DNA of 64,000 bases, taken from NCBI GenBank assembly GCA_958009085.1, contig OY253688.1, positions 62,001-126,000 on the forward strand, in the 5' to 3' direction. The notes below the pieces were generated by a model. That model was not told the origin of the DNA. It did no database searches and saw nothing but the letters and a program-made list of their open reading frames with translations. Source of the DNA: Protoeuglena noctilucae. Its lineage: Eukaryota. Of the stretch, positions 1 through 12,800 are shown in pieces; within the stretch, counting starts at the first letter, position 1, and each line of letters starts with the position of its first letter. Both the position numbers and the translations under genes were made by a program.

Positions 1-1219
1 CGAGGGTAAGCGAGGCGCCTGGCCCAGCTGCCACGACGGCGGGCCCGCCTTGCATGGGAGCAGAACAAAGCGCGACGCAGGAGCGCGACGGCGCGAAGGC
101 GACTTGCCTTAACCCCGTTTCGACATTGAGAGGGGATATAAACCACGGACATACCCGATGAGGCGGATACGAGCCCCGCACACATCGCCAGGCCCACGAC
201 TAGGGCACGCACAGTGAGGCCCCCGTTCGGGCCCCATGGAGGGGCGCCGCGGCCCCCGTGAGACATGGCCTGATAGTGGCTCGGTGATGAAGTCACAAAA
301 ACGCCATGTCTGGCAAGGCAAGGCTCATTCCGGTCGCGGCGAAGGCGGGCAGTGTGCGCGAAAGCCCCCCTCCCGCCGTGGGCGCCCGCGCGCGAAGGTT
401 TGGCTTCTGGCGGCGTCTTTGCGACGCATGCAGAAAGTTCTGGTCTTTCACAGCCTTGGTGGCGTAATGAGAAGGCCCTGGCACTCCGTCAGAGTCGCCA
501 GTCACCCACTGCGACTCACTCAGCAAGTTACTGGGCACTCTTCCTCCACGTGCGGCTCCAGCACATAAGATATGCTAAGCGTTTCAACAACTGGATGCCT
601 GGGGCACGTCACAAGCAAAAGTTCGCCCCTGAGGTGGTGCAAGCGCCAACGGGCAAAGAATAGGGAGGCAAACTGACAACCGAATGGAACTGGGATAGCG
701 CCCTGAGTCTCCTCCGCTTCACTGCACCTTCGAGGGCATCGCGCCCACCCCCTTCGTCACCGCTTGTGGCACGCGATGCTTGGGCGACGGGGGCACGTAC
801 TGCAGCACACGGTGGACCCAATCTGCCGTCGCTGCCCACCTTGCCGCGCGTGCACAGCATCCTCGAGGCCCAACCGTCCATCGTCAATGCACTCTCACCT
901 TTTCCGCCGGTGGGAAGAAGTCCCAAATGCCCATGTCACTAGGGCTCATGCAGACCTCTGCGGGCGTCGCGAAGCATTGTAACTGCCCACCCGCTTTCGC
1001 AACGCCAGCAAGCTTCTACTTGACCTAGCTCGGCCAGCGGAACTCACCGGGCGTGTGCTTGCCGGGCAACTCGTGCCCGCTCGCGGGGATGTGGATGGCA
1101 GCAGCCTTTGGCGTCGTGAGGGGGCCCGTGTACGCCCTCAGCTTGTTGGCGAAAGAACTCAAGATACCCTGCCCACCCTGCGACTCCATGCCGGCCCCTG
1201 GCCTCTTGTCCTCCGCCAT
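1..1219 (-). CDS. Hypothetical multi-exon protein, probably running off the left edge
   Basis: ATG at 1219 (MAEDKRPG...) with a GTGAGT donor near 1047. Further exon-like segments (VCMSPSDMGIWDFFPPAEK|gtgaga near 900-960) and an AG|GCAAGT donor near 108. No recognisable domain. Confidence 0.35.
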
Positions 1220-2012
1220 GCTGGACCTCGCCTGCAAACCGACATCAGCCGCGGGCGTTTGCCGGGCGCGTTCGACCCCGAGGGCGACACCGGAGCCGGT
1301 CGAAACGCAGCAGCTATACCCGGCAACGCGGCTTTCCAGGAAAAGGGCCGGGCGCGCTCCCCTCGGCGTCGATGCGAGGGCACTAGGGTAACGAGGCACT
1401 GCGCGGACGCCCGCCCCCGCCAGCGAGAGTCCGGAACCACGCCGGCCTCTCTTGCCTGCCCGCCATCGGCGACACGCACGAAAGGCCCGGGAGACCGCGT
1501 GCCACGGTCCCCAAGGGCGTTGACACACTATCCGCGCTAGGCCCGCCACGAGCCCCGGCGACGACGTCGGCAGCAGTTTCGAAACAATGCCGAGACTGCC
1601 CTCGGCAGGGCCGCGCACCTCGAGCTTGCTCAGAGCGTGACGAACCGGTTCTCTGCCGATTTCACGGCCTCGCAGCGGCTCCCGCACACCGAGTGGACTA
1701 GTCAGTGACTAAGTTGAGAGGATACGGCTCTCGTATATCAGATAGACGCTCGACAACCACGAAAAGCGGCTTCCAGCGAAGCTTTGACGGGAAAGCGACG
1801 GTCGGCAGCGCGTTAGCTAGTGCGGTCGTCCGTCCCGAGAGTGCCGGCTGAGAACAACTGCGGCAATTGATGAAAACTTGCTGTCAGAGAGTGCGTGTCA
1901 ACGAATCCACGCAGGGGCTGCGGAGGATTGAGCCAAAATATGACGTGGCGCTTGCTCACATGCAGGATGACGTCGGCGACGTGAGCATCTGCCTGGAGAG
2001 GCCCTGCCCGTC

Positions 2013-3455
2013 ATGCCTGTCCCGGTGCACTCGTTGGCGGGCGTGGGCGCGTCATGCCGCCCGCTGCCGTCACGCCATCGCCTGCGCATGTGGGCACGTC
2101 GATATGTGGGCACCGGGGAGCGAGCACTTGACGGCCACCGCGGGTCAGCTCGCGGAGTTGTGGCCTGCAGGGCCAGGAGCACGATCGGTGCCGCGAGGTG
2201 AGGCCGGGCCTGCTCCGCCATCCCCGCTATGAGCCCCGTCTTGTCCGCAAAGTACACCGCTCATCGTGGGGCTCGCGCTGCAGGGAGCTGGCTCGCGTGC
2301 GCGCGAGGGAGCAGGGCGCGACAGCCAAACTCTTCCTCGACGACCTGGCGCGCCTCTTCGACGACGCCGGCGAGGGTCAGCTCAGCGGCGATGAGAAAGA
2401 AACGAAGCCGCCTTACGTGGAGATCGCGACGCGCTTCATCGACGACACGGTGAGCGTGCACGAGATGCGGGCCGGCCACCCCTGCATTTCTGCCTGTGGA
2501 TAGGAAGACCCGCGCCCGGACCCGTGCCGCAGATCCTGACCCAAGTGGCTTTGGAGGAGACGCCGGTGAACGACCTGGTTTTCCGGCAGGTGGTGGTGGT
2601 GGGCGATGCGTCGGACACGCGCGCCTTCCGCCTCCCCTGGCCCGTCGGCACGTGCATCTACCACGTGGCCAGCGAGGAGGGCCACCGGTGGGCCGAGCGC
2701 ATCCTCAAGGAGACCAAGGCATACGTCAAGCGGGGCTGTCTCATGAGGAGGGTCACGGCGGACTTGCGGGCGGGGGACGAGGGGTGGACCGACCGCCTCG
2801 TCGCGTGCGGGTTCCAGCCAGACCGGCCCGCCGTGTTCGCCATCCAGGTGACGAGCCAGACTGGCCTCTAGCACGCAGGCGTGCTGAGGCAAGCCAACAC
2901 AAGCCGACGCTGTGGCAGTGGCGGAGTGGGCGGTCCGCCGGCAGCAACGGGGACCGCCCGGCTTGGACCGCAGGGACTGGCGGAGTTGGACGAGTTGCCG
3001 CTCTCGGCCCTGCACGCGCTGTTCGGGGAGCTGGCCGGAGTGGCGGCGCACCGGTCGGTGGTGGTGGGCGAGCTGCCGGCAATGCGTGGAGACAAGGCGC
3101 AGGAGCTCCTCGCGGCACACGGCTTCCTGGGCTGGCCGATAGCGTTCGGGAGCGAAGAGGCCGCGGACTACGGGCGGTGGCGCGGGGCGGGGCTGGAGGC
3201 GGAGGCGTTGGATGGGGAGCCTCGGCGGCTGCTCTTCCGCGCCCAGCAGACGCGCGCGAGCACGTACCAGGCGGATGTCATCATGCGGTTCAGGTTCGCG
3301 ATGGCTATTGGGATGGTGGTGCGCTGCTGCATCGGATGCAGGCAGGGTTGGGTACGCTGTCGCTGGCGAGCACCTGTTGTGACGTTCATCCTCCGCACGG
3401 CTGCAGGCGTGAGTTCGAGGACTTGGACGAGGACTTCACGGGGAATTTTTCATGA
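2013..3455 (+). CDS. SAM-dependent methyltransferase, LCM/leucine-carboxyl-methyltransferase-like family, with possible N-terminal transit peptide
   Basis: Spliced reading ...STIGAAR|ELARVRARE...IATRFIDDT|ILTQ...RQVVVVGDASDTRAFRLPWPVGTCIY...RRVTADLR...WTDRLVACGFQPDRPAVFAIQ|GL. This matches family motifs TRFxDD, QVVxxGxGxDTRAxRLxW and L..GF.P..P. Final exon ends in TGA at 3453-3455. Confidence 0.8.
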
Positions 3456-3539
3456 GCAGGACGTTGCTTCTGGACAGCGCTTGCGCATGGCCTTCGCTGG
3501 GCCCCCACGACAGCGCACGATTGAAGACATATAATACTG

Positions 3540-4206
3540 TCAGTTCCATGACTGCAGCTGATCCTGTCGACGCTGCAGGCCGTCCTGCACGTGCCGCGTC
3601 TCGTTGGCCAGGCGCTCTCGCAGTGCCGCCACCTCGGCACGCAGCAGCGGCACGGCCTGATGCAGGTGCTCCACCGTCACCATCTGAGCGGGAGGAACGT
3701 ACGAGGAAGTATGTTTAGGAGATAGGAGCAAACTGGCGCGGAAGCGGATGGGTCTGCGCGCAATTTCCGCCCGCCTGCTGGTCGATCTGGCGCTCCCGGA
3801 GCCGTAGCGTGAACTCGAGCTCGGGGATCGTCCGTTGGGCGTGCTCCATGCTTTCTTCCAGAGCTTGTACGGCTGCGAAAACTTACGTCCAGGGATCCGG
3901 CGCGCTGCATGTTGCGAGCCAGGCGTGCCAGCGGGCACCAGCACTCACCGGCACCCAGCGCGGCGTTGTCCTTGCGCAGCACCTCCGCTTGGTGTTGCTG
4001 CGCTTGCAAATCCTTTTCTAAGCGGTCTTTGCGCGCTTGGTACTCGTGGATCGCGCGGCTGTAGTCCTGAGAGCGTCAAATGCAGCCAGGTGACACTTCG
4101 TGAGGGTATGTCCATCGATAGGGGAAATACACTCCATCCCATTCAAAACACATCTTTGCCCTCCAGCAGTGGAAGGCCTCACTTCAGCTCCGAGGTTCGC
4201 AGCCAT
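3540..4206 (-). CDS. Small coiled-coil protein of unknown function
   Basis: MAANLGAE|DYSRAIHEYQARKDRLEKDLQAQQHQAEVLRKDNAALGA|AVQALEESMEHAQRTIPELEFTLRLRERQID...|MVTVEHLHQAVPLLRAEVAALRERLANE...QSWN*. Heptad-like composition with splice-site-like boundaries. Confidence 0.55.
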
Positions 4207-4384
4207 GTCGACCACCGTGCGAGGAGGGACTCGCCGTGTGGCAGGGTGAAAACGTCAGAAGGCCCACTGACACTGTCTCAGGCCTAGCCACAATGCAGGA
4301 GCAGCAAAACAGCCGGCCCTCTCACGCTAGGGCCTGCACCTTGCGGCTGGCACAACTGAATGACATCAGAAACACCAACTGTCC

Positions 4385-7300
4385 TCATTTCTTCTGGATA
4401 TCGATGCAGTTCCGGGGGATCTTGTACACATCCGTGAGGTGCGCGGCCAGGCGGTCCTTGTGGTCGCCCTGCGCGACGACCAGGTAGGCGCCCTTCTTGG
4501 CACCGGGGGCCTCCTCCGTGGTGGTGGCAGCCGCGAGGAGCTTGGACAGACTCCCGCAGAGAGCGACGGAGTCGATCAGGAACGTCTCGAGGCCCTGGAC
4601 AACCGTGACGCGCTTGTTGCCCTGCCTCCGCTCCGTCGTGATCCGGACCTTGCCCAGCTGGCCCCGCCGCACGTGCGTCTGCCCGTCGCGCGAAACGATG
4701 TTCTGGCGCGACATCCTCGCCAGGAACAGCTCCTTGATCTCCGCCTTGCGCAGCACCCGCGGCGTCGGGTCGCCCTTGCGCACCACGCCCTTGTACAGGC
4801 AGTCGTGCAATGCGTTGTCGACAAAGATGAACTCGCGGCTGGGGACGCGCAGCTCGGGGTCGTCGAGGCCCTCCTTCTGCGCAGCGGCGAGCGACGCGGT
4901 GAGAATCATGGTCGGGCGGCGCAGGTTGTGGTCGGAAGCGCACACGGCTCGTGGCGTGCGCAGCGACAGGGTCATCCCGCCACCAGCGGCACTCTCCGCG
5001 CAGCAAAGCCACTCACATCTATCACATAAGACTGCATTCAAGCATCGCAAGCAGGAGCAGCGCCGCTAACTCGTCACCTGCACGTACTGCATCAGGACGT
5101 CGTGCACCTCCCTCGCCGCGTAGAGCTGCGAGGGGTCTTTCCCCACCGCCAGAAAGATGCCCGCCGCGTTGGCTGAGGGACGGAAACGCTCGGCGATGTC
5201 CAGGTGCGTGCCGGAAGAGGCCTGGGGGTCATAGGACATGGGGGCTGTGACCGACGATGGCATCAGCTCAGCAAGAGATGCTGTAGTAACACCAGCAGTA
5301 ACAACCTCAGAACCAAACGCTTCCACCAACTCATGGCTGCAAAAGCACGCCATGCCATCAGCCAACATGAAACTTGCTTTCATTGGCCCCGGTCCCTCCC
5401 CACCTCCTCAGAAGGAGGCCCCGCGTCCGCCTGCCTTTTGCGCACGGGTCGGAATCGCGTGTAGGCCTCTCCCTGCCGGTTCACGGCCGTCACCACCCAC
5501 TCGCGCGCGTGCTTGTCTTGTTTGCCAGAAAGGATGCCTTCGGATGCCAGATGCTCCATCCACTTGCTGAGCTTCTGCGGGTGGCGAAAGCAAAGGCAGG
5601 CTGACACTCGCTGAGCTTCTCAGCTGGGTGTTGAAACACGCTTTGTCACCTTTGAACCGCCTGTGCATGATGTCAAGCATGCCCTCTCCCTCATCGCCCC
5701 TCACCTTGAACCGCGTGTGTTTGATGTCCAGGGACGTCCCCTCGGGCCGACTGGCCAGGATGGTCTTCCAGAGCTTGGACGCCGCTAGGGGCAGGTCCTT
5801 GTCTGACACGTGCAAGTGCAGCGCCTGAAACGGGACAGACAAGGGGGCATGCATCATCACCCATCGTCGCCACCCGCACCACACCCATCTACCCACCACA
5901 CGCATCCATGCAATCCGTTCACCCACCCCTCAACTGCATCATCACCCGTCATCACCACCCGCCCACCCACCCGTCACCTGCATCGTCGACCACCATCACC
6001 ACCCGCACCACATCCATCCACTTACAGTTACCGCATCCATCCCTCACCTGCAACGTCGACCACATCACTAACTCCTCCATTTCTTCCATCGAAACCTCCG
6101 GCCCCTTCCTCCCAGACGTCTCCCCACCCCCCTCAGCCCCATCCACTCTCACACCCCTCCCTCCACCCTCCTCACCCCCCTCACCCCGCCCCTCCCCAAC
6201 CCCATCAGCACCCCCAGCCCTCCCCTCGCTCTCCTCTTCTCCTCCCCCAGCCCCACTCCCCATCGCACCCTGCTCATCCCCCATTATTGCCCCCTCCACC
6301 TCCCCAGCCCCTTGCACCCCGCCCTCGCTCCCCCCGGCCTCCTCGTCACCCTCCCCCGTGCCCCCGGCCCCCTCCCCACCCTCTTCTCCCCCCATCTCCC
6401 CGTCCCAGTCCTCCGGCAGCGGCTCGCCATCCACGCCCAGCCCCAACGCATTCAGTGACACCACGATGCCATCCAAGTAGCCCGCGTTGGGCGGCTTGGT
6501 ATTGGTACCCGTCTCCCACAAGCAGTCGCCGTAGATGGTCAGCATCGAGAGCAACCTGCCCCGGCCGCTTGCTTTAATCGCGTCGTCTCTGCTCATCAAC
6601 GCGACGCCCACTCCCAAGGGGCACGGGTTGCCCGCCACTGAAACCGCCAGAACTGTTCCAGAGACAAAGGGCGGGAGGGACTCAGCACCGCCGCGCACCC
6701 CGGGGAGCATCAGATCGGCGCCCTGGGAGCAAAGGCAAAGCGAGGACTGACATGCGGCATTGCAAGCGGCACAGTACACAAGCACAGCGGACGGGGAGAT
6801 TGCAAACGGCACAGGGCTGTCTACAGGCACACAGGGCTGTCTACAAGCAGTGAACGGGGGGATTGCAAGCGGCACAGGGCTGTACATGAGCAAAGCAAAC
6901 GGGTCATGGTGACGATGACGCGCCAAGAGGGTAGCAGCTGTGCCGGAGAGGGCATGGCATGACATGAGATTTCATGACAAGGCGTTTGGAGATGGCACAT
7001 GCCAAGAGAGGCTGGGGGCATGTCACATGACTGCATGCGTGCATGATGTGCGCAGTGCCCCTCGTACCCCTCCCATCTCTCGCCTTGAGGAGGTACTGCG
7101 ACACGGCGTGGTGCGTGAGGACGATCGTGGGGACGAGGTCGGCTCGTCGGCACAGCGCGTGCGGAGTGGGGACGTAGTCATTCTTGCCGGTGGTGTCCAC
7201 GACGATTGGATCGCCGTCGTGGTAGTAAATCTGCGCGCGGCTGGGCGCGGTGACCTTGGCCAGCTCCAGAACACCCTCCTGCGCGACGATGACGACGCAG

Positions 7301-7497
7301 CCGTGGCAAAGGGAGCGGCGATCGAGGGAGGGCGGCAGAGTGAAGGCAGCTGCGTGCTAGCTCGCCTTTCCCGGCAGGAGCGCCTCGATTTGCTCATCGG
7401 TCGCGTTCCAGGCCTTCGCAAGCGCCTTCTTCAGCTTTTTGTGATCCGCGCCGGACAGCCGGTGGCGCTGCGACGTCGCGAATGGCTTCTTGAACAT
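4385..7497 (-). CDS. EIF2D: Eukaryotic translation initiation factor 2D (ligatin): PUA, SWIB-like and SUI1 domains
   Basis: Starts MFKKPFATSQRHRLSGADHKKLKK. PUA segment YLLK|GADLMLPGV...GNPCPLGVGVALMS...IYGDCLW; LDIKHTRFKKLSKWMEHL; SWIB-like AREVHDVLMQYV. C-terminal SUI1 RITTERRQGNKRVTVVQGLETFLID...QGDH...YKIPRNCI; TGA at 4385. Confidence 0.93.
6755..6890. repeat. Degenerate intronic tandem repeat (units GATTGCAAGCGGCACAG and CACAGGGCTGTCTACA)
   Basis: ATTGCAA(G/A)CGGCACAG occurs three times and CACAGGGCTGT three times inside eIF2D intron 2. Confidence 0.7.
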
Positions 7498-7797
7498 ACC
7501 GAAGACCGCCTCGCGTCCCTGGCCGGAGATACCGGCGTCCGAGTCGCCCGATCCCAGCGACCCCGCGTCAGGGAGTGCCGGCGCTCTCTCGCGCGGCTGC
7601 TGATGATCCCTGCAAGTCAGCGTTCTCCCAGAACATGAGTGACAGTGACGCCGGGAGTGCAGGAGCGCAGGGCGGGTCGCGGTTCATGGACCTGGGCATC
7701 CCTCTGATATGCAGTAATTCTGCGCAGGTGAATGCGTCGCTGTGCTTGCCGCTGTTCGGTTCTCCCAGCCCTGCCCCGCTAATCACCGCCACCCTCG

Positions 7798-9421
7798 ATG
7801 CCCCTGGTGGTCCTCTGCGGCAGGCCGTCCTCCGGAAAGAGCACTGTAGCGAAGGAGCTTGTGAAGGTAATTGCGTTTCCTCGCGACGCATCACGCGCGG
7901 GGCACTTGGCGTGCCTCAAGCCCTGGCATTCCGCCCTGACGCCTCTCGAGCTCTGCTATGCTGCAGGCCATCGGTACTTCGGCCGACACTTACACGGAGG
8001 TAATCCTCGTGGACGAGCCATCCCTGCGCCTCAGCCGTGACGCGTACCGGAGCTCTGCGCTCGAGAAGACGTCCCGGGGGCAGCTCAAGACGGCGGCGGA
8101 GAGGGCCCTGGCGAGGGGGGCCGTGGTCGTGCTCGATTCACTCAATTACATCAAGGGGTTCCGCTATGAGCTCCACTGCGCTGCTCGGGCGCAGGCGACG
8201 CGGTACGCAGTTGTGCACGTCGACACGGACCCCCAGGCGAGGGCGTGGGCTGCTTTTTGTCGGGATGGGATTTGTAATATGTATATTAAGAACTAAGCAT
8301 GCGTCGGATGCAGTGAGCGCGGCTCGGGATAGGGTCAATCGCGCGGGAGGCAGCGACTCGTGTGTGCTGGAGTGTTATCGCATCCTTCGGCGTCCCTGCA
8401 GGTGTGCGCGGCGTGGAACCGTGCGCGGAGAGATGCGGAAACGGAGGACGCAGGTGTCGCGTACAGGTCAGACACAAATAGGCTACGAGATGCCCACGCA
8501 ATGGGTGATGCAACACCCGGTGTGATGGGCTGGTGCTGGCGCTTGCGGCGAACATAAAAGGGTACGGGCCCTTCGCGGCAGTGAACTCATGCTCTCGCAT
8601 GTCTCGGCCCTCGCAGCGACGAGGTGATGGCGGACCTGCTGCCGCGCTTTGAGCGCCCTGATGGCCGCAACCGCTGGGACGATCCGCTGTTCGAGGTGCG
8701 GCCGGACCGGGACGATTCGAGTCACGTGGCTGAGGTCATCGTGGCCGCGGCACGCGCTGTGCTGGGGTGAGATGGGCGGGGTAGGGCAAGCGGGTGGCGC
8801 GAGCAGGGCAAATGCTTGGCAGGTTGTGTACTAGCTGACGCCCCTTGCCTCTTCACTGGCCCTCTTGCAAAGTAATTGACCCCTCCGCTTCCTCCCTACC
8901 ACCCCTCTGCAGCATCGCCGGCCCCTCTGGCCCTCCCAAGGGCGCCGACTTGCGCCCCACCTGCGCCACGTCTAACCCCGCCCTCTCCGACACCAATCTC
9001 CTGCATCAGCTCGACAGCGTCTGCCAGAACGTCATTGGAAGCATCCAGGCCCAGCAGGCCGCCGCAGCCGTGCCCGGGCCCACCCGTGTCAGGCGAGGGG
9101 CGCCTAGGGGTTATACCCTAATGCCCTGTGAGCATGACGTGGCTCTCTTGCTCTCTTGTTTTGTTTATGAGGTCCACATCCATCCATTCACATCGACGTT
9201 GTCATCCCCACGTACTCACCACCCCCACCTGCACCCTTCCCACCCGCAGCGTCGCGCCGGGCGCCACCCTTCATCTCCCCCGCTCAGTCAGCATGGCCGA
9301 GCTGCGCCGGCACAAGCTCACCTTCCTGAAGCTGGTGACGCAGAACCCCTCTGCACGACTAAGTACAGCTGACACGGCTCTCCCGCTCTTCCTGGACTAT
9401 CTGCAGAAGAACGTGACGTGA
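7798..9421 (+). CDS. KTI12: KTI12/DRL1 Elongator-associated P-loop protein
   Basis: MPLVVLCGRPSSGKST (P-loop); EKTSRGQLKTAAERAL...VVVLDSLNYIKGFRYELHCAAR; RFERPDGRNRWDDPLF; TNLLHQLD; SMAELRRHKLTFLK; LFLDYLQKNVT*. Confidence 0.95.
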
Positions 9422-9833
9422 TGAGACGCTGGTGGGTTCGCCATTTGAATTGATGCTAGTGAATGTGTGCGAGTTGATGTCTGAGTGGATCGAGTCAATG
9501 TCTTTGTGTTGACACCGCGTTGTCATCTAGCACATTTAGTATCTAGAGCACCAGGGGATGTTCAAGTCGATGAGCAGCTGAGGTTATGAGCTTGCCACAT
9601 GTCAGCTGTAGCTGTCATCAGTCGTCACCATCACATGAGCCATCGCCTATCGCCGTTGGGCAACAAGCGCCGCTGCACCCATCACCGCCCCCGCTATCAG
9701 CCAGCGGTGGCATGCACATTGCCCAGCTCCCTCCACCCATCACTAGTACTGCCCTCAGCACAACCCAAGCTCTCAGCGAGCGCTGCTGGCGTGCACGTCA
9801 CCCAGCTCCCTCCACCCATCACCCCACCAGCTC

Positions 9834-12800
9834 TCAGCCAGCGGTGGCATGCCCGGCCCCTAGCATCCGCCGCAGTGTGACCGCCCTCGCCGCCAGCCTC
9901 CCTACGGCAGCCTCTGCCAGGGCTCTGCGCTTGCCCTCCGCCCGCAGGGCGCACGCCTGGACGAACGCCAACGCCAGGCGAGGGGTGCTGCGGGGGTGAC
10001 AGAGGACTCATAAGCTTCGCTTAGTGACGCGCACAACGACGACAGCCAGCGATCAACCAGCCTTATGAAGGGGTCTTCTTACACACACCAAGTAAGAGTG
10101 ACTGACACCACCTGATCCTGTCTCACATACACACACCCATGCGAGCCCCACCCATACGAACCATCACACCAAGTCATGGCGACTCATCCCACCTGATGAC
10201 GACGTCTCTCCCCGCCGGCTGCACCCTGGGCGTGTCGTGTGCCCCCGTGAGGAGTGACTGGTGGAGGAGCAGTGCCTCGAATCCACGGGACGAGCCATCG
10301 TCGAAACGCAGAGACGCGCCCACCTGCGTTTTTAAGGGGAGTGGTATGGTCGGCATGGGCATGGGCAGGAACTGGCATGGTTGGGGTTAGTAGGGAAGCG
10401 CGATGTGAGCTTGAGGGACAGTACGTGCAGTGTGGCAGGGTCAGTAGGGAACGTGGTGAGCGTGACCGAGCATGCCTGCACCTGTGTTCTGCAGCTTGCA
10501 ATCAGCCCAACACACCTCTTCTAATCTCCCAGTCTCATCTTCTCTCAAGTATCACCTGGTCCGTCAGCCGTGCCTTGGGCAGCTTGCGGTCGGCCCAGAG
10601 CAGCGCCTTTCGGTCCGCATGGGCCGTGTCTTGCATGTCCTGCACAGTGCCGCCATGGGAAGCCACGGGGACCTGAGGGGCATAGGAGGAGTAGCTGGGG
10701 CTAGTGGGGCGTGGAGGGAGTGTATGGGCCATGCATGGAGTGAGTGTGTGATGTATGGTCAGGAGGGAATGTAAACCGTAGATGGTCACCCCGACACGTG
10801 CCAGACAGGTACCAGACTCTTGCCAGACACGTGCCAGTCTCGCGTGCCAGTCCCGCCCACCTCGTCGAGGGCGTGGAAGACGCCGAACTCGGGGAGCGGT
10901 CCGCGCGAGGGGAACGCCACGAGGGTCTCCCCATTACCATCGAGTGGCATGCAGTGGCAGGCGGGGCTGGCAGCCGATACGCCCCCGGGGGAGAGGGGCG
11001 GGCCGGCAGGCTGAGCCAGGAGCTGCGGGGGAAGAGAGGCACGGCTATGTCATACATGCATTGGCGATGGGTGAGGAGAGAGCGGCGGAGGGATTGCGTG
11101 GTGTGTGTGGTATGCATGGCATGTAGATACATGCTGTGTGTAACAAGTTCCTTGCAAATCAAAGCACACGTGTAACATGCCAAGCGCAGGCATTCACCCG
11201 CTGCGCGCCCCTCCTGGGCCTGCCCCTCCCCCTCGACGCCGCTTGCGTGGATGGGCCGTCCTCGTCGCCCTCGTCACCCGGCATCGCCAGCAGCGGGATA
11301 CTGCGCACGCGGACGCGCAGACAGCTATCATAAGCGGGCGGCAACACAGGCACGGTGTCAACACACAGCAGGGGTGCCACCATGCAGATGCACACGAGCA
11401 GAGGCCTTGTGCAACCCATCCCTCACTAACCACACCTCCAATCACCCATAATCCCTCACGAACCACACCTCCACTCCTCTCCCACCGACCCCTCACCTGT
11501 CCTGCTCCCCCTGCCCCTCCGCCATCGCTGCCGCGTCCTCCGCCGCTCTCCGCAGCGCCACCCGCGACGCCTCAGGCACACCCCTTCCCTCTCCCGCCCA
11601 CGAGTCCAGCAGCGCACGCACCTCCCCCTCGCTCCTGGCGAGCACTGCGTACGGTGCCAGTGCCAATGACAATGGCGTTAAGGCCGTTGACGTCTGCCCC
11701 ATCTCACAGTCCCCATCCCGGTCCATGTCTTGGTCACGATCCTCGTCATGGTCATCGTTCATGTGGTCATCGCTGTGACCGTCGCGTGCGTGGCCAGTGG
11801 CACGCTCGACGCCCTCCGTCTTGTGGCAGAGGAGCATGTAGTGGTGCCTGGGAACAACGCGGGGGTCTGTCAGGGGTGGTCATCTGCAGGTGATGGCTGG
11901 CATCAAAGAGGGTGGCAGGGGAGCGTGCAAGGTAGCCCATAGAGCATCGTCTCAAGTGCCATAGCAGACGCACATCATCGTCTGGTACTGACCCAATCAT
12001 CAAAGCGGCGAGTGGATGGCACATTGATGTATCCCACATGCCTCGCCTGAGGTTGGGCAGGCACACGCTGGCAAACGAGGCCCCAGTTTCCGGGTCAGCG
12101 TCGCTCCACTCGCAGCGACGGTGGAAGGGGTTCCCTTTCAGGGAAGCAGACGCTGAGCTGTTATCGGAGTCGCTGCTGTCATCCGAATCCTCCTCAGAGT
12201 CGCTGTCCGAGTCGCTGTCAGAGTCGCTGTCAGTGCCGCCATCCGCGCCCCGCGCCGTGGCGAGGGCGTCCCGGTAGACGGCATCTGCGCGGGAGATACG
12301 AAGACGTTTGAGCTATGCTTCGCGATGGCCCATGCGGCGCGCGCGACGGCCGCTCGACTGCACCGCTGAAGGAGGGGTCCTCGAGCACGGCATAGCAGAG
12401 GCACCGCAGCGCGCGGAGCCTGCGGGAGCGACGAAGCGACGGGCTGCGACATCCGCAGCGATCTGATGCGGTAGTTCAAGCAAGCAGACGCCTCTGGACG
12501 CTCGCCTCGCCGCGGCCGGCCACGTCGCCCAGCCCTGCTCGCGGGACAGCAGCTCGTGGGGCCGCCGGTCGAAGCCGACGCGCCAACTCTGCGCCAAGCG
12601 GTGCCTCAGGGACGACTCCCACTTGGAAGGCGACATGTTGGGCGAGAAATAGGCCAGGAGCTTCGTGGCGATAGCACCAACATGGTCCCCGGCCACCGAG
12701 TAGGCGAGCGCGACCAGGGCGGCGTCCGGGCAGATTTCGCCGGGCGCGATGCCCAGGAGTTTGCTGCGACGCGCGGAGGAGGCCGGAGATGGCCAAATGT

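Noticed and set aside
109..126. MSKRG start resembling ribosomal protein uL14/RPL23
   Set aside because: It is followed by a stop, and the next exon-like sequence does not match RPL23 in any frame.
9418..9484. Box C (GTGATGA) and box D (CTGA) snoRNA-like spacing
   Set aside because: It overlaps the KTI12 stop codon and has no convincing terminal stem or recognisable guide sequence; probably chance.
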